From: Negaprion brevirostris
Lineage: Eukaryota
NCBI GenBank assembly: GCA_030324005.1
Contig: JARDVH010000169.1
Span: 13,092,177-13,156,176, forward strand
Direction: 5' to 3'
Length of the DNA stretch: 64,000 nucleotides
This document shows positions 39,060 to 52,469 of this stretch, piece after piece (position 1 is the stretch's first letter; each line of letters begins with the position of its first letter). Both the position numbers and the translations under genes were made by a program. The notes under the pieces were generated by a model. It was not told the origin of the DNA. It worked only from the letters and a program-made list of their open reading frames with translations, and did not search any database.

Positions 39060-39355
39060 ACATCCCCCCTGGATAGGTCTTTTGTTTCTTTACTGTCCAT
39101 TAACACCCTCCTTTTGCCTTGCACCATCATCCATTTTGTCATTCAAATACTTCTGGTCTCCGCCCTAACAGAGATCTCACCTTTCCTTCTTTCAATCCTG
39201 CCAACCTTTTGCCTTTTGCTCCCTGACTCAGGTGCTGCTTATAAACAGCTGTATAATTTCTTTCAGTTCTGTTGAAAGATCAGTCCAAAATACTACCTCT
39301 GCATCTCACTCCACAGTTGCTGCCCGAGCTGTTGAATGCTTCCAGCATTTTGTCA
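39060..39355 (+). mobile_element. Penelope-like pLTR-derived repeat
   Basis: Ends 'ctccacagttgctgcccgagctgttgaatgcttccagcatttt'. Confidence 0.55.
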
Positions 39356-39409
39356 AGTAATTGGCAGCCCTGTTAACAGACATAATCATGCTTGCTCTTT
39401 GAAAAAATT

Positions 39410-39620
39410 AATTAGTCCTACTCTCCTGCTCTTTACTATAGCTTTGCAAAATTTTCCTTTTCAGATATATATCCAACTCTTTTGAAAGTTACTATTGAAT
39501 CTGCTTTCACCACCAGTTCAGGCAGTGCATTCCAGATCATAGCAGATAATTGTGTAAAATAAGGCATTTTACATCAGCTTCTTTTGCCAATTATCTTAAA
39601 TCGGTGCCCTCTTATTACCA
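39410..39620 (-). mobile_element. Old CR1 3' fragment
   Basis: 'atccaactcttttgaaag...ggcagtgcattccagatcat' (WNALP on the minus strand). Confidence 0.6.
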
Positions 39621-40479
39621 AATGTACAGCAATTTTCAAAAAAATACTTCCACTTGCAATGCCGTCAGCATAAGGAGGGTATACTTCTTATAAATAGAAG
39701 TGATCCTCCTATTGACAAATTATGAGAGAAAGCAGCTTATTTCCTCTAGACTGCAATCCAATGTAAAATAAATGCATCCCGGAGATAGGCTGCCATCGAC
39801 TAACTGTTAAGAAAAAGGTAAGGAGAACACATTAAAATGCTCCCAGAAGTTATGGATTTCATACTTATAAATCAACTAAAAAACACAAAATGTAGAATAG
39901 CAGATAAATAGTTTATATGCTGGAAATATTTATTAACGTAAGTATTAGTTCACAAGTTATTCCAAAAGTGTATACAAATCTATAAATAGAAATGATTAGC
40001 ATTTTTGCCTATGCTCCATTGGAAAAGCCAAGTTAAAAGGTATTGTGGTACTTACTCTGAAGAATCTATGAAGTATATTACAAGTGCACCAATGCTGAGA
40101 GCAAAGACCAAGACCACCTGAAAAAGAGAAGAAACAGCTTTTGAGATAGAAGGCCAAAGAGAAGTAAAGTGAATTATAAATAAAGTCAGCAACATTCATA
40201 TTACTGTGGACCTCTAATCAATATTAACTTCATTTACACAAAGACAGCGCCAAATTAAATGTGCCAGTGTTTTGCTGGGACAGGTTGTTGTGTCACTTTG
40301 TTATAAGTAACACTTATTTATCCTTGTGCTTCACTTATGACTAAATCCTTCAAGTTCTGGGCTCTGAATTCAGTGTTTTACCTCAGTAACAGTCAAAAAA
40401 AATTATGCAATATAACTAGCTTGTGGTCAGACATTTAGGCTAATCATCTGATGAGCCTGTCAAATTTGATCCAAAATTA

Positions 40480-40640
40480 ATCATATAGCCATAACAAAGC
40501 GTTTTGAAAGATTTGAGGCTGGGGTCTCAACTTTTTATTATATATAAATGATTTGGTGAAGTGACTGAAGGTATGGTTGCTAAATTTGCATAAAGATAGG
40601 TAGGAAAGTAAATTGTGAGGACAACATAAGGAGATGCAGA
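40480..40640 (+). mobile_element. CR1 RT fragment
   Basis: 'tatataaatgatttg...gctaaatttgca' (YINDL...AKFA). Confidence 0.55.
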
Positions 40641-40682
40641 AAGGCTGAGTGAGTGGCAAAACTCTAATAAACGGAGTATTAT

Positions 40683-40912
40683 GTGGGGTCACTGTGTGGA
40701 GTTTTCTCATTCTCCTGTATATGGTTGAGTTTCCTTTGGATGTTCTGATTTCTTCCCACAGACCAAAGATGTGCGGATTNNNNNNNNNNATTGGCCTTCG
40801 TATCAGGGGAATAGCAGGGTAAATATGTGTTTACTGGAATAGGGCTCGAGTGGGATTGTGATCGGTGCAGACTCAATGGGCCAAATGGCCTCCTTCTGCA
40901 CTGTTTCTATAG
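40683..40912 (+). mobile_element. HE1-type SINE, 5'-truncated
   Basis: 'ggtcactgtgtggagttt...gggccaaatggcctccttctgcactg'. Confidence 0.85.
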
Positions 40913-41974
40913 TTTTAAATGGAAACAAGCCCAAAATCTCCAGTCTCCTCACCACGATTCTGTGATTCACTCGAGTACCTTGACCAGGCCTAGGGGACAT
41001 CTGGAGCCTGAAGGGTCAGTCCCTCATGAGTGTCCTTTCCACCTTCCCAAAATCATCACAACTCATGATTAAAGTGACTCAGGGTTTCACAGCTTTATGT
41101 TGTGAGGTGAGATTTACTGAACGTGACATTTCATGGGTCAGAAACTTGGCAAGGTCGCATGATCCAGGTCTCTATCGTGCAGGGTTATGTGGCTGCATGC
41201 AGGCTATGTAACTCAGAATGNNNNNNNNNNGTGAAGTTAACAAAGAATGTAGGTCCAAAATTCTAAGCCTGAAGTGAGTGTCAACATTAGAACGTTTCTT
41301 TTTCCCACTGTGCTCTGCAGCATCATGAGTAACCCCTAGGCTAAAAATGTTGGATGCAAGCAGCAGATTGTCCCTTACACATTTAGATCAATAGCCATTC
41401 AGCCCCAAGGGAAAGCAAACATGCCATGTGTAGCTGGCATCAGATAAAAATATCAGCTGTTGTAACATCATATCAAACACCTGAAGTACAATTACAATTA
41501 AAAACAAAATAATACATAGCTATATAGCAGTAATTCTATTTCAGCTGTTGACACCAGGAGCCTGTGAAAAATTGTGTATACGCTTTAGCTGCTTGAACAA
41601 AATTGTGATCAGCATGAAGGGAAATGACACTTTCAATGGACATATTCCGCATCGCTTTCGCAGAAGGAGTCTGAATCCAGGGAATCGAGCTGGATTTTCA
41701 TAACTTAAAATTAACCCAAAATTCAGGCACTAAATTGAGACCAGAGCTTGTGGTTATTTAGAGCAGTCTGCATCATTCAAAAATCTCATTTGTCTTCACA
41801 AAGACCAGGAANNNNNNNNNNACCCTTCTCCCACTCTTTCACCACCACCAACAATAGTAAAAGAATAAGTCCTTGTCCAAACCAATTAATATTTAAATCT
41901 GTCCATTATCTATTACCTCACTTTTGAATTTGTTTTTATATCTTTCCCCCAGCTAGAAGATGGCCGGTTGGCTG

Positions 41975-42012
41975 TCAAACAGCCTTCAGCAATGACGGTC
42001 TTGAGCTAGTCA
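41975..42012 (-). CDS. Putative short alternative terminal exon, (V)TSSRPSLLKAV*
   Basis: Acceptor 'tctgtttctcttcgtgctctcaccgatgttgccacag|TG ACT AGC...GCT GTT TGA'; CpG-retaining non-repeat patch. Confidence 0.35.
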
Positions 42013-42189
42013 CTGTGGCAACATCGGTGAGAGCACGAAGAGAAACAGACTATCAACCTGCAGGTAAATTAATACAATCAATCCCCATAATATATTCTGA
42101 GGCTTTGTTTTTTCCAACTGACATAAATTTGGAATTATGATTGCAGTCACTCATTTTGTATATGCATAGATGCATACAGGCACATATAT

Positions 42190-42345
42190 GAGCGCACGCG
42201 CGCACACGCACACACACACTTCTTCTGAGGCAGTCCCCCAGGATTGAGGATGACTTTCTTCCATTGTGATTTGGTAGGTTCTAAAATGGTCAAATGTGAG
42301 GTCTGCAGTCTCTGCCACATGGAGGGCATGCTGAGCCTGAAGGGT
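42190..42345 (-). mobile_element. (CA/CG)n microsatellite plus RTE-like tail
   Basis: 'gcgcacgcgcgcacacgcacacacacac' followed by 'ttcttctgaggcagtcccccaggattgaggatgacttt'. Confidence 0.55.
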
Positions 42346-43151
42346 CAGGTATTATATGTATATATGATGTAATAAATATTTTATACATGTGTCTGTAAAT
42401 TCTGACAGAACACACACAGGTGTAACCAAAGAAAAAGTTTCAAAATGACTCAAGTTTTCTGGACAGCACTACAGAAACTGCACGGAATTTGTGTTTGAGA
42501 AAATAAGAACTCCATCCAAGTGTAAGATTACTTTATTGGCTAACCACACGCTCAGATTCCCCAGTTATTGGCATGGTTTTCTATTAGAGTTGTCAGTAGG
42601 TTTGAGTACAATCTTGACAAAGAGTAATAAAGGGGCCATCAATATTACCACTCTCCTTGATAACAAATAACTAGTACATTCTACAAGCCTAATTGACTTA
42701 TTTTAAAGAGTAAAATATGCTTAAATTTAACATTCATATTAAGGTTGCCAAATATAAACTGAAATTTAAAATATATTAGCAGTCCAGGCCACCATGGTCA
42801 TGGGCATGCATTAAATTGTGGTGTTTCCACACAAACTGCTTTAGGTAAATATTTAAATTATGCAATCATTATACACATAATGGCAACAAACACCGAAACA
42901 TAAACTGAAATGTTCTCCGAAAGAAATAATGAAATATCAATGTATTGCAACATGTGGAAATCTCAAATTTTTAAACAACATTGGGGTTACAAACTATATT
43001 TTCAGTAAAATTACATTTGGCCTCTGCCCCATTTTCAATAAGTGAGGAAAATTTACCAGTTCAGCTGAATGTTGTACCTTACAGATCCTTTATTACTATT
43101 TTTTAATGTGTCAGTTACCCATCCTTTAGAAGAATGATAATATATACCCAA

Positions 43152-43934
43152 TGTGACATTAGTGTACCTTTAAGAGATTTTTTAAAATCATACTCTCTGC
43201 AACTCTCACAGCCTCAGCTCTCATTGTTGCCAGGTTGCCTGTGAGAGTACTTTCATTGCTCCTTCAGTGTTTTAATGGGGTTGTTTATTTTAACTTTGGG
43301 ATCTTTTATGACTTTGCATTGTTAAGAGGAAGACTGTTTGGCAGGACAGTTTTTTGTTCTTCCTAATGAATTTAAGGTTTCATTTTCTGTTTGGCTGGCT
43401 GCAGTTTGAGTTTTAGAAGGGACATCAAGCTGAAAATTAGTTTTTCTCTCTCACCCTGGTTTTAGGAATTCTGCTGGTTAGCTGAAAGCAANNNNNNNNN
43501 NNNNNNNNNNNNNNNNNNNNNNNNNNNNNNNNNNNNNNNNNNNNNNNNNNNNNNNNNNNNNNNNNNNNNNNNNNNNNNNNNNNNNNNNNNNNNNNNNNNN
43601 NNNNNNNNNNNNNNNNNNNNNNNNNNNNNNNNNNNNNNNNNNNNNNNNNNNCTATGGGAAGTTTTGTTTGATTGGAACATTTTAGATATATTTGTTAAGG
43701 GTTATACATTATCATGGTTGTTTTGTTTGTAATTGATAAAAGTTATTACCAATTTTCTTTCTATATATGTTAACTATATGCTTAAATAAACTTTGTTTGA
43801 TAAAAGCTCCTTAGTGGATTATTTCAATCATACCTGAGGTTTAACATATCATGCTTACCCTAGCCAAAGTGCAAAATGTATGATCCAGGCTGGCTCCATA
43901 AAACACTTGGGCGTTTCTGATCTGAATTAAAACA
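43152..43934 (+). mobile_element. Solo LTR
   Basis: TGTGAC...AAAACA termini, near-matching 4-bp flanks CCAA/CCAG, AATAAA near 43785; contains an N gap. Confidence 0.6.
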
Positions 43935-44645
43935 CCAGCAGAAAAATACAGGTTCTAACTGATCACAGAATAAAAAGTCAAGCACACAAGTGGAACCATA
44001 AGTAGCTAATAATACGAGGCAAATGTCGAAGGACACAAAGGCATCGAATATGAAAGTACACAAGTAATACACTGCAATTTGCAGAAATAAACTTCAGTAT
44101 CTAGAGGCTGCTATTTAATGCTCACTGGTACAACTGCAAAACATTTTTCTGTGTAACAGACGAAAAAACAATATAAGTATCACTATTTACATGAAGAGAC
44201 AGTCTCAGGATACTTTACAATCCAAAGACACTGATGAAGAGACAAGTGTTGTAGAAGATAACCTTTGTGTACAAGTAAAGATCAAACTGCAAAAACTAAA
44301 GAGACTGCCTGCTCCCTGAACTCTGCTATCCCTTCAACGGGTGATTTTGTTAGCAGTCTGTAAAGTAATTTGACATGGCTAAACCTGCCGAGAAACTTCC
44401 CAATAAAATGAAACTAGTTTTCACTCTCACCAAACACTTGGGGACATTTTGCAAATTGGCCCTTACATGCATTAAAAGTTCAAGTATCAGCAATGCAGCA
44501 GCTAACAACCTGAAGCTGTTTATGCAATGAAGTGACTGCTGTACTGTGTCATTTATCACCAATATACCACTTTAGGTAATTTCAAAAAGAGTAATTGAAT
44601 GATTGCAATCACATCAGTAAATCCTATGGCCTCAATGTGGACACA

Positions 44646-44975
44646 GAATAGAATCCTAGAATTACCACAGTGCAGAAGGAGACCAGTCGTGCCATCGAGT
44701 CTGCACCAACAACAATCCCACCCAGGCCCTGTCCTGGTAACTCCATATATTTACCCTGCTAATCCCCTTGGCACTAAGGGGCAATCTAGCATGGCCAATC
44801 AACCTAACCCATACATCTTTAGAGTGTGGGAGGAAACTGGAGTACCCAGAGGAAACCAATGCAGACACAGGGAGAACATACAAATAGGACATAGATAGTC
44901 ATCCAAAGTCAGAATGGAACCCATGCCCCTGGTGCTGTGAAGCAGCAGTGCTAACCATTGTGCCACCGTGCCATC
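44646..44975 (-). mobile_element. HE1-type SINE, full length
   Basis: 'gcagtgctaaccattgtgccaccgtgcc' head and 'tagaatcc...cagtgcagaagg' tail. Confidence 0.92.
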
Positions 44976-45499
44976 CTTAAATAATTGGATCGCAGTTGCA
45001 TGTGCTCAGTGATGATTTGTCTAAGGAGTTGATTTTAATGAAAAAGGTTAAAGATTTATGAACTAGCTTTTCCAAAGTTTAACATCTGTAAAATCTCAGA
45101 GAAATGTAACAGCTTTTTTTAGTCAAATTTGAGTACTGTCAGAACGCTGCTAAAATCATTTGCTTGCTGTGCAATCCTCGCAAGACCATTTTCAAATGAT
45201 ATACACCCAAAACATTTTAAAACTCTCCATCATTATTCCCCATGAAAATATGCTGAGAATAACATTTGCACCATAACAATAAAACATGTGCTTTTAATAA
45301 TCAGTATCACAAAAGGTGAGGGACAGGAAAAGTGGAGAACAGTCCAGATTTAGCATCAGCACAGTCATTTTTCCACCCACACTCTTTAAGAGTGCTCTGA
45401 ACAGGAGGACTGAAAGACAACGCAGATCTATGAGTGGAGTTTACAGATTTAAAACAAAACACTAAAACACTGTGCTCAGGGTCACAAATAGCCACAATA

Positions 45500-45810
45500 A
45501 CTTGCACTAATCCTTGAGGAAGTAAGTCCTAAGGATCTTGACAAAAAGGGATAGAGTCATGGCACTGAGCAGAAATTAAGAGAAGAGTTGCAGAGGCAAT
45601 CAAAGCCATAGATCTTGAGAAGAGTGGCGAATCGAAGAATGTAACTCTTGACCGATTGGCCTAGGGGTGATTCCAGAGTGCAGACTCGTGGCACAGCCAT
45701 GAGATTAGGGAGGGGACTTTGGCTACAGAGCAGATCGGAGTTAGAAGAAGTGGTGTGAACTGGGATACATTTGTGCAGCAGGTTGCATAGGTAAAGTGGG
45801 GTGAGGTAAG
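45500..45810 (-). mobile_element. Old L2 3' fragment
   Basis: 'gattccagagtgcagactc', purine-rich antisense-L2 character. Confidence 0.4.
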
Positions 45811-46514
45811 GGCGAGCGCTCCCCTAGTGACTTATTGACAGTTTTCACCTTGTCTCAATGACCAAAAACCACAATAAAGGCCACAAACATTAGTTCTGAA
45901 TTCAGATAGGCTTGGCGTGGGAAAAGGTGGACACATGCAATTATTGGCCCACCTGCAGTGGTTAGGGCAGTAATGGAGCTCTTAGAAAAACTGTTAAGTG
46001 GCAAGTCTAACACTTAAATATGGTTGGAGTGACACTTTTGTGTGCTTCTCCTTAGAAAACAAATTCTCACAAGAAAAGAAACCTCCTAAACCTCTGCAAT
46101 TGTACTTGGATGTTTATCCAGTTAGTTTATACTTGGGTTATGAAATGTAACCAGTCTGATTGATACCTCAGGCTTTCTGTAGTCATGTGGCTGTGTCATG
46201 AGGCTGCCTCTGGAGACAACATTTTAAACTCAGTTCAATGAAGACATCTCACTGACTACATACTGAAGACTGCTGTCCTTTATACTTGAAACAGCATGCA
46301 ACAAATTGGGAATATTGGGATATAATGGGCTGCAGTCAAATGCCTATTTAAAGAACTGGAACATATTATTTGCTTTGTGTTAAACTTGCTTTTATATGTA
46401 AAAGGAATTTGTACTAGAATGATCAAGATATGCTCATTTGTTATTGAAAACGGACAATGTACAGTATTTAAAATGAAGCACCAGGAAGTTCACTTTTCCT
46501 TAGATAAATTAAGG

Positions 46515-46850
46515 TTAGGTTGAGGGAGCTGGGACTCTTCTCCCTGGAGAGACGAAGGTTGAGAGGCGACCTGATAGAGGTTTATAAGATGTNNNNNNNN
46601 NNNNNNNNNNNNNNNNNNNNNNNNNNNNNNNNNNNNNNNNNNNNNNNNNNNNNNNNNNNNNNNNNNNNNNNNNNNNNNNNNNNNNNNNNNNNCTGGGGTC
46701 TTTTAAAAGACTTCTGGATGAGTATATGGGATTTAATGGGATTGGGGGTTATAGATAGGTCTATGGCTTAGTAGGTATAGATGTGATCGGCGCAACTTGT
46801 GGGCCGAAGAGCCTTTTATGCTGTAGTGTTTTATGTTCTATATGTTCTAT
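46515..46850 (+). mobile_element. CR1 3' end (younger)
   Basis: LRELGLFSLERRRLRGDLIEVYKM; tail 'ttatgttctatatgttctatg'. Confidence 0.9.
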
Positions 46851-46854
46851 GAGT

Positions 46855-47235
46855 TCCAAAGAAGAGACTTAATAATGGTGTTTAAAATGATGAGGGGTTT
46901 TGATAAAGAAAGAAAGGGAAAAGTTGTTTCCTTTGGCAAGAGGATCAGAAACCGGAGAAAGCTGATTTTGGATAACTGGCAAAATATCCAGCCAGAAGAT
47001 GAGCAGAATTTATTTTCCCTCGCACGGTGAATTTTATAACCTAGAATGCACTGACTGAAAGAATGGTGGATATAGATTCAATAACAATTTTCAAAAGAGA
47101 ATTGGATAAAAATTACTAAAAAAGGAAAAATAAGTGTAGGCTATCAAGAAAGAGAATGGGAGTGGGATTAATCAAGTAGCTCTTTCCAAGAGGCAGCAGA
47201 GACATGGTTGACTGAATGGCCTCCTTCATGCACTT
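46855..47235 (+). mobile_element. CR1 3' end (older)
   Basis: RRDLIMVFKMMRGFD; 'gaatgcactgactgaaag'; 'tgaatggcctccttc'. Confidence 0.75.
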
Positions 47236-47244
47236 TTTAAATTA

Positions 47245-47640
47245 TTCTCTAGTGGTAGTGAACCGTCTCTTGAATCATTGCAGTCCACATGTTGTTGGTA
47301 GACCCAGAGTGCCTCTTTCTGTAATCGACTGATATGACTGAGTGGCCACTTCAGAAGGCAGTTAAGAGTCAACCACATTGCTGTGAATCTGGAGTCATGT
47401 GTAGGTCAGATAGGTAGGGGTGATAGATTTCCTCCCTAGAGGACATGAATGAATCAAATGAGTGTTCATGACAATCCAGTATTATCATTATGATTATTAA
47501 TCTCATTAATAAGAACATTTTACTTTCTGATTTATAATTTGAATTTAAATTCCCCCAGCTGCCATGGTAGATCTGAACTCATGGATATGGAGCGTTAGTC
47601 CAGGCCTCAGGCTTACTAGCCTAGTAACATTACCACATGC
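47245..47640 (-). mobile_element. tRNA-headed SINE with CR1-like tail
   Basis: Minus-strand head 'tggtaatgttactaggctagtaa...gagttcagatctaccatggcag'; body 'cagttaagagtcaaccacattgctgtg'. Confidence 0.65.
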
Positions 47641-47934
47641 TCTCATCTTTTTTAATATTCAATATATATGTACCCTGCACACTTTAGAAACAGGCCAGTG
47701 ATGCAGTCAAAGACAAGCCTTTAGCAATAGCTCAGTGTAGCAATATGCACTTAATGAGAACCAACAATTAAATTATTAGATGTACAGATTTCCACCAAAG
47801 TATTAGCCATTTATTCAAAACAGTTATTCATTTTTCCTGTTGCAAATCATCTTAAGTTTGTTAACCAAGAGCAAGCATAGCTTTCACCACCAGCTCTGCA
47901 CAACATAACCGCGGAACACTTTATTTTTGTTGAA

Positions 47935-48200
47935 GGCGGTCAGCCTGGCTCAGTTAGTAGGACTTCTGCTTCTTAGTCAGGTGTAAATCCCACCCCAGCA
48001 CTTAGCATTTAAACTAGGCTGTTACGTAATGCAGCACTGAGGAACCACTGGACTGTAAGGGATGCTGTCCTTCCAGTGAAAGATTAAAGCAAGGCCACAT
48101 GTTATTCAGATGCTGGCTAAATTCCCAGGGCACTATTTGATGAAAATGAAATAATTTTCTTGTTGTCCTAACCAACATTCCTCTAATGGTAATGGCCTTC
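47935..48200 (+). mobile_element. Deu-domain SINE (SacSINE1-like)
   Basis: Head 'tggctcagttagtag'; core 'gcagcactgagg...gatgctgtcctt...ttaaagcaaggcc...cccagggcactattt...tgtcctaaccaacatt'. Confidence 0.7.
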
Positions 48201-49796
48201 AAATAACCAACATATTTATTACTCAATATACATCATATTCATGAATCCTTCAATGTGGATGTCAATACATATCAATTACGAGGATTGCCTTGGTTATTGA
48301 TGTTTTTGTAACTTTGTCAGCCCAAAGACAAGTAGGAAAGATTGGAGCTAGATTGCACTTGTGAGGGTAGAGTAAAATAATAGTTGCAAGTGTTTTTACA
48401 ACTATATTATCATCTGGGGGTTCAGATGGCAATTTACAAACTGCACAAACTTTAATCATTCACAATGACATCAGAACTTTTAGTAAGATTACGGACTTGT
48501 AGTTACCCGAGTTAGCTTTTCTCCATCGAGAACAAATGATACAAAGTGATCTTCTGTAACAAGAGAAATATTTGAACATTAATTAGTAGAAAAGGGGTGA
48601 GTTTTGATCCACATCCGAAAGTGCACATGACTTATCAAGTAGAATGTTAAATAGTGGTGCCACAAGTATGAAGACCAAGGGTGTGGGAATAACTCTGCAT
48701 AATAGAATACCTGAACAGTTCTGGTCTGCATAACACTTACAAATCAACAGTGATCTATTAGAATGAATACGGAAAGCAACAAAAAACCCTCCAGTTAGGT
48801 TACTATGACATAGCAATTAATGGAAGAATTGAAATTAGATCAGGTACAATGGTGTGTGAAGTAGTGATTTATCAAATGACCAGCTTCAGAAACGTGGAAT
48901 CTGAATCCAAGAAAATGACACTCTTTAATGCAACATCAAACCACAAAAAATAAAGATTAGTTGAATAAAACCCTGGTCCTTGGAAATGCACTTCGTCGGA
49001 CCTAATCCAGCATCTAGCAGCTGCTAGTCTTTAGCATTAACTGGCTTAAAACTTACAATTTCACAAATGCATGTTGTAGCGATAGGCGATGCAGAAACTG
49101 GAAAGGTCACATAATACCATGCTGGGATTGAAGTGGCGGTTTATAAACTGCGCAAACTTTGCTCTGGACCATTCGTAATGGCAACAAAACCCCTTGGTGA
49201 GGTGAGGTTACTGCCTTGTAGTCATTCTCTAGTGCTAGCTGCTCTCTATTTAAAACATACAGCTTGTGTAAGATTAATTTGTGTTCCAAAGTCATCGGTA
49301 GATCCTTAATTAATGTCAAAAAAGGATGATTTGGGGGTGGTTTTTCATAATCCATGAAGTGGTGAATTGTAAATCAAGTAGATACTACTGAGTGGCAATT
49401 GATATTCGTTTGTTTCAGCTAAATTTTGTTATTTTTTATTTTTAGTATGAAATATATTCACTGTTATAGAAAAAACAGGGTTTCTATATTGAGATTTGAG
49501 GCTCATCACTCTTTACATGCATGCTCAATCTGAACATTGGGTGTAAAAATACAAAAGCATGCATTCCTCAGCACAATCATCTATGGTGGAACAAAATATA
49601 TTCCCTTCCCCTTAGAGACCAAAAGATGATTAAATCTGAATAGTCCTTACAGGCATACAAATTTCATGTCAAACAACACAAGGGAGATTTAAAGAGAAGG
49701 GTGACACTTTGGAGAAGGATCAAATTTCAGAGGCTATTAGATGGGTTCAGTTAATTAGCAGAAATCTGACAGGAAAACAGGTTAAGATATCCATGA

Positions 49797-50166
49797 GCAG
49801 CTTGGTGGCAACATGTTAGCACTGCTGCCTCACAGCACCAAGGACCCAAGTTTGATTCCCAGATTGGGTCACTGTCTGTGCAAAGTCTGCATGTTCTCCT
49901 TGTGTCTGCCTGAGATTTGAGGCTCATCACTCTTGCCATGCATGCTCAACCTGAACACTGGGTGTAAAAATACAAAAGCATGCATTTCTCCGGGTGCTCC
50001 AGTTTCCTCCTACGGTCTGGTTTAAGATGTGCTGGTTAAATACATTGACCATGCTAAGTGATCCCTCAATGTACCCGACCAGATGCCGGAGTGTGGCAAA
50101 TAGGGGATTTTCAAAGTAACCTCATTGCAGTGTTAATGTAAAGCTACTTGTGACACTAATAAATAA
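49797..50166 (+). mobile_element. HE1-related SINE (alternative tail) carrying an 80-bp insertion
   Basis: Head 'ttagcactgctgcctcacagcacc', tail 'ctacttgtgacactaataaataaa'; insertion at 49911-49990. Confidence 0.88.
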
Positions 50167-51329
50167 AATCCATCTAAATGAATTCAAAGCTCTGTAATTT
50201 GATCTCTTTACTGCAGTATCAACATTTTAAATATCATGTTTTACTCTGCTAAATTTTAAATGTTCTTTTTNNNNNNNNNNNNNNNNNNNNNNNNNTTTTT
50301 TGGTACAAAATATATTCACTGTTTAGTTTGAGGATAACGAAAATGAACTTTTTTTAAAAATAACCTCATGCACCATCGTGAGAATTTGAATCAAGTTGTT
50401 TTACCATGCTGGCAGCAATTTAAGGACCGTGTAATTATAGTTTGAGTCTTTGAAGAAGCACAAGTGAAGCAAATCCACATCCAAAAAGCCCTATTACCAA
50501 TTTGCATCCAAGAAAATAACATGTTTGAAGAACGGAGTTCAGTTAAAATGGCAAATAAAAAGGAGCTTTGCAGGGGCTGAGATAATAGACTTATGATTCA
50601 ACACATAGGGCAAGTATTCTTATCAAAAAAGTGGCTGAATATTTTTTCTTACCAGATGACATTTTACTATTAATTTTCCATGATGCCACTTTCCCCACCG
50701 CTCTTTTCAAATATTTATTCAATGTTCCTCCAAAAGATGCAATGATTTCTGTCTGAAGCACTTAGCACGAGAACGATATTCCACGTTCCCATATTAAGAA
50801 ATGTCTTAAAACATCTCTTTATTGTGCCAATTCAAAATTGGCAATGTCACTGAATACCCCGCCAAAGGAAATAGTTGGTTACAATCGAAGCCCTTTAGAA
50901 TTTTTTAAATCTCTAAAAAAAAGTCTATATTAAGCCTTTTCTTTTGCCTCTTCTTCAGTAACACATTTCAGAACAAGTCTTTCCCCGTAACTTTAGTTTC
51001 TCTGCGTTGGAATTACCTTGGTGATCCGACTCTGTGCACTTACTATTGTTTTAATCTCTACTGGTGCAAGCTCAGAATTTCTTTCGGAGAGACAGACAGA
51101 GCACTGGTTGAACTTGAACTGAGTGTTTGGGCTTTCTTACCGGCAATTTCACTTGCAGTCAAATCCTGTTAAGAAAGCAGCAGTTTTGCCGCAAATTGTT
51201 ACACTCTAATCAGGATTGCTCTTCCATCAGAATTCCTGTTCACATCTTCATATCAGGACCCAAATAAATCAAATCACAATGCAATCAAAACACAAGTGGA
51301 AAAGGTGGCATAATTATTCCAAGTTTTCC

Positions 51330-51700
51330 ATGTGATCAAGAAGGTGAACGGTATGCTGGCCTTTATAGCGAGGGCGATAGAATATAAAAGCAGGAAGGTC
51401 TTGCTGCAACTGTACAGGGTACTGGTGAGGCCACAGCTGGAGTACTGTATGCAGTTTTGGTCGCTGCACTTGCGCAAGGATATTTTGGCCTTGGAGGGAG
51501 TGCAGAGGAGGTTCACTAGGCTGATANNNNNNNNNNNNNNNNNNNNNNNNNNNNNNNNNNNNNNNNNNNNNNNNNNNNNNNNNNNNNNNNNNNNNNNNNN
51601 NNNNNNNNNNNNNNNNNNNNNNNNNNGCCATGATCTTATTGAATGGCGGGGCAGGCTCGAAGGGCGAGATGGCCTACTCCTGCTTCTATTTCTTATGTTC
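51330..51700 (+). mobile_element. CR1 3' part (young)
   Basis: KKVNGMLAFIARAIEYKSRKVLLQLYRVLVRPQLEYCMQFWS...QRRFTRLI; CR1 tail. Confidence 0.95.
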
Positions 51701-52469
51701 CACGTAACTGATCAGAATCTTAACTATGCTGCTGTGGCTTACAGTAAATTTGCAGTGCAGATCAATTAAGTTTAGATGTTAAGAAAAATAAACAATTTAA
51801 AGAACGGCTTAGACTAACATGATAATCAAATATTGTGCTTGGCTTAAAAATTTACTGGGAGCAGGTCTGGCATATTGAGATTCCAGCAACATAAAAAACC
51901 CTCCTCATTCAATTCCAAAGGCGTGTTTATTCTTAGATAGACATACAATGTGACCATCAATATTTGTCTGATATATCCATGAACTTTCTTAAAAAAAGTG
52001 ACAAACAGCACATTTTCTTCAATGAAACTGACTTGGTCCCAAGGACTAGATCAACCGAAATGACAAGTAGGTTTAAATGGCATTTGCTCTTGAAAAGGAA
52101 TTCCTAATTAAAATCAGGAAAGGTAATCTGGAAATCGAAACATTTTCCACTGCTACATCCTTGTAGCTGAATTAAGTACAGATTTCAGAATGCTGACTTA
52201 CATTTACCTAAAATGTTTCTCAGCAAATGTAACTTTGAGTCCAAGTGCTTGTGCAATTTCCCAAATTGCACACTCCATTTTCCCATATAGTCCATAGATC
52301 ATGGTGACAGGTTACATGCAAATGGCATTATAAATCATGACTATCAAGCTTCAACAGTTACTAATGTTATCAGGATGTGGAAATGTTGTGTCCTTGCGAC
52401 ATAATCCAATCCATGTGGCTCTGCACAATGAATACAGATTTCACAATGCCAATGTATTCCCATTGTATT

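Noticed and set aside
38685-39275. 196-aa ORF
   Set aside because: It spans an N gap and ends in a pyrimidine-rich repeat
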